Of a stretch of 64,000 bases of DNA, positions 62,084 through 64,000 are shown piece after piece (the first letter of the stretch is position 1; every line of letters begins with the position of its first letter). This DNA comes from Malacoraja senta (taxonomy: Eukaryota): the NCBI GenBank assembly GCA_038087875.1, contig CM075992.1, positions 3,474,001 through 3,538,000 of the forward strand. Reading direction: 5' to 3'. The notes beneath the pieces were generated by a model that worked only from the letters and a program-made list of their open reading frames with translations, ran no database searches and was not told where the DNA came from. The position numbers and the translations under genes were made by a program.

Positions 62084-62773
62084 AAATGGCGTGTTTCTGT
62101 GCCGTATGACTCTATAACAACTATTGGTCAACCTGATTTTCTTCTCGTGTAGTGAGGAACTGCAGTTCCATGTTTAAACCGAAGATAGATAGATAAAATG
62201 CTGGAGTAACTCAGCGGGTCGGGCAGCATCTTTGGAGAAAAGGAATGGGTGACGTTTTGGGTCTGAAGGGTCACCTATTCCTTTCCTCTAGAGATGCTGC
62301 CTGACCTGCTGAGTTACTCCAGCATTTTGTGTCTACTGGTTTTCTGCTTTCAGGTCTGGGCTGGGTGGGTGCAGGGTGGATGTTGTCTCTGTAGGTGGAA
62401 GGTCTTTAATCCCTGCTAATTGTTCAGTTCTAATACCAGTGACGGCTCCCTTCTACTGCCTGAAACTTGTCCCTTTGTCTAACCTGGCAATATAATTTTT
62501 GCCGTGAAACTGCTTCTGACAGCCTCACAGTTGTTAATCCGATCCTGAATGATATCACAAAGGGGCGGGAGATATCAGGGTCGCTCCAGACAATTGTTGT
62601 GATTACTGGCTGACTCATTCATCCGATTTGCTCCCCACCATTGTTCCATTTGATTCCTGCCTTGGGCCAATATGACTTGGGTAACTATGTTATCGGATAG
62701 CTCGTTATGGAGGCAGCAGATTGAGTTTGTTCTATTAAGGTGCAGGTGGTGCAGCGGTAGAGTCGCTGCCTAA

Positions 62774-63365
62774 TGCCCCTGTCCCACTTGGGAAACCTGA
62801 ACGGAAACCTCTGGAGACTTAGCGCCCCACCCAAGGTTTCCGTGCGGTCCCCGGAGGTTTTTGTCAGTCTCCCTAATGGTCGAAAGTGGTTTCCGCTTCT
62901 TCTATGTTCCGGCGATTATTTCAAAAAATTCAAAACCGGCCACGACTATAAATAGGTTGCCGTTTTAAAAATCGGTAATTTTTTTTAGTCGAAGCCGGTT
63001 GCGATGCTAGTTGAAGGTGGTTGCCGGAGGTTGCAGGTAGTGGAAGGTAAGACCTCCCTGGTGGAATAAAACTGGGTGAAAAAAAGGTCTTACCTTCCAC
63101 TACCTGCAACCTCCGGCAACCACCTTCAACTAGCATTGCAACCGGCTTCAACTAAAAAAATTACCGATTTTTAAAACGGCAACCTATTTTTAGTCGCGGC
63201 CGGTTTTGAATTTTTTGAAATAATCGCTGGCACAAAGAAGAAGCGGAAACCACTTTCGACCATTCGGGAGACTGACAAAAACTTCCGGGGACCTCACGGA
63301 AACCTTGGGTGGGGCGCAAAGTCTCCAGAGGTTTCCGTTCAGGTTTCCTAAGTGGGACAGGGGCA
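62774..63365. mobile_element. Foldback PIF/Harbinger-like MITE inserted in an HE1 SINE
   Basis: Arms of about 280 bp are near-perfect reverse complements; TSD taa/tta. Confidence 0.88.
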
Positions 63366-64000
63366 TTACAGCAACAGAGACCCGGGTTCCATCCTGACTA
63401 CGGGTACTGTCTGTACGGAGTTTGTACGTTCTCCCTGTAACCTCCGTTAGTTTCCTCCGGGTGCTTAAGTTTCCTCCCACACTCCAAAGACGAACAGGTG
63501 TGTAGGCTTGGTATAAATGTAAATTGTCCCTAGTGTGTGTAGGGTAGTGTTCACCTGCAGGGATCGCTGGTCGGTGAAGGCTCGATGGGCCAAAGGGCCT
63601 GTTTCTGTGCTGTATAACTAAAATCGCCACCTATGCCACAGAATAAAGTTCTAGCTGGCCCTTGCCCTTCAGAGGGACGGCAATTTGGAATGCTGTGGGT
63701 TTTGACTGCTGCGAATGTTAAAATGGAAAGACAAATTTAAAAAGAAATTGAATATTTAAAAATAGGACAAGAGACAAGGGAACTGATCTAAATTGACGCT
63801 GCTTAGGTTGATAGGCCACCCACTATCACATTAACTAGGCCATTGTGTCATCACCAGCCAGCTTTTATTTTTGTTTTACTTTTGGAGATGCAGCATAGCA
63901 ATAGGCCCTTCAGCCCACCAAGTCCACATCGACCAACGATCACCTCTACACGAGTTCATTCCTACACACACTATGGACAATTTTCAATTTTACCAAAGCC

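Noticed and set aside
61139..62152. Multiple repetitive ORFs
   Set aside because: Artefacts of a stop-free 28-bp minisatellite.

Overview
Repeat-dense vertebrate genomic DNA, almost certainly from a shark, skate or ray: HE1-type SINEs and HER1/CR1 LINE tails dominate. Most of the window is nested retroposon and MITE debris (HE1 SINE, CR1, Penelope-like elements with minimal hammerhead cores, L1, Tx1, Rex/Babar, RTE-X, L2, PIF/Harbinger-like and hAT MITEs), with microsatellites and a 200-N gap. Host-gene content is small. Two phase-compatible + strand exons (54212-54731, 59773-59860) encode a low-complexity protein that is tentatively PRR36/BTBD8-like and carries an in-frame TGA. A probable first coding exon of a - strand gene runs off the left edge. 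A retroviral env TM subunit can be rebuilt from three pieces at 1945-3232. The main finding is a set of at least five distinct families of short (about 130-230 nt) non-autonomous retroposons. Each starts with an HDV-like ribozyme fold and most end in a (GAA/AAG)n tail. In six copies the 5' boundary defined by the target-site duplication (TSD) falls exactly on the predicted cleavage-site G1. Two families closely resemble the mammalian CPEB3 ribozyme core as I recall it. All family names come from recognition by eye, not database searches, and repeat coordinates are approximate unless a TSD is given.
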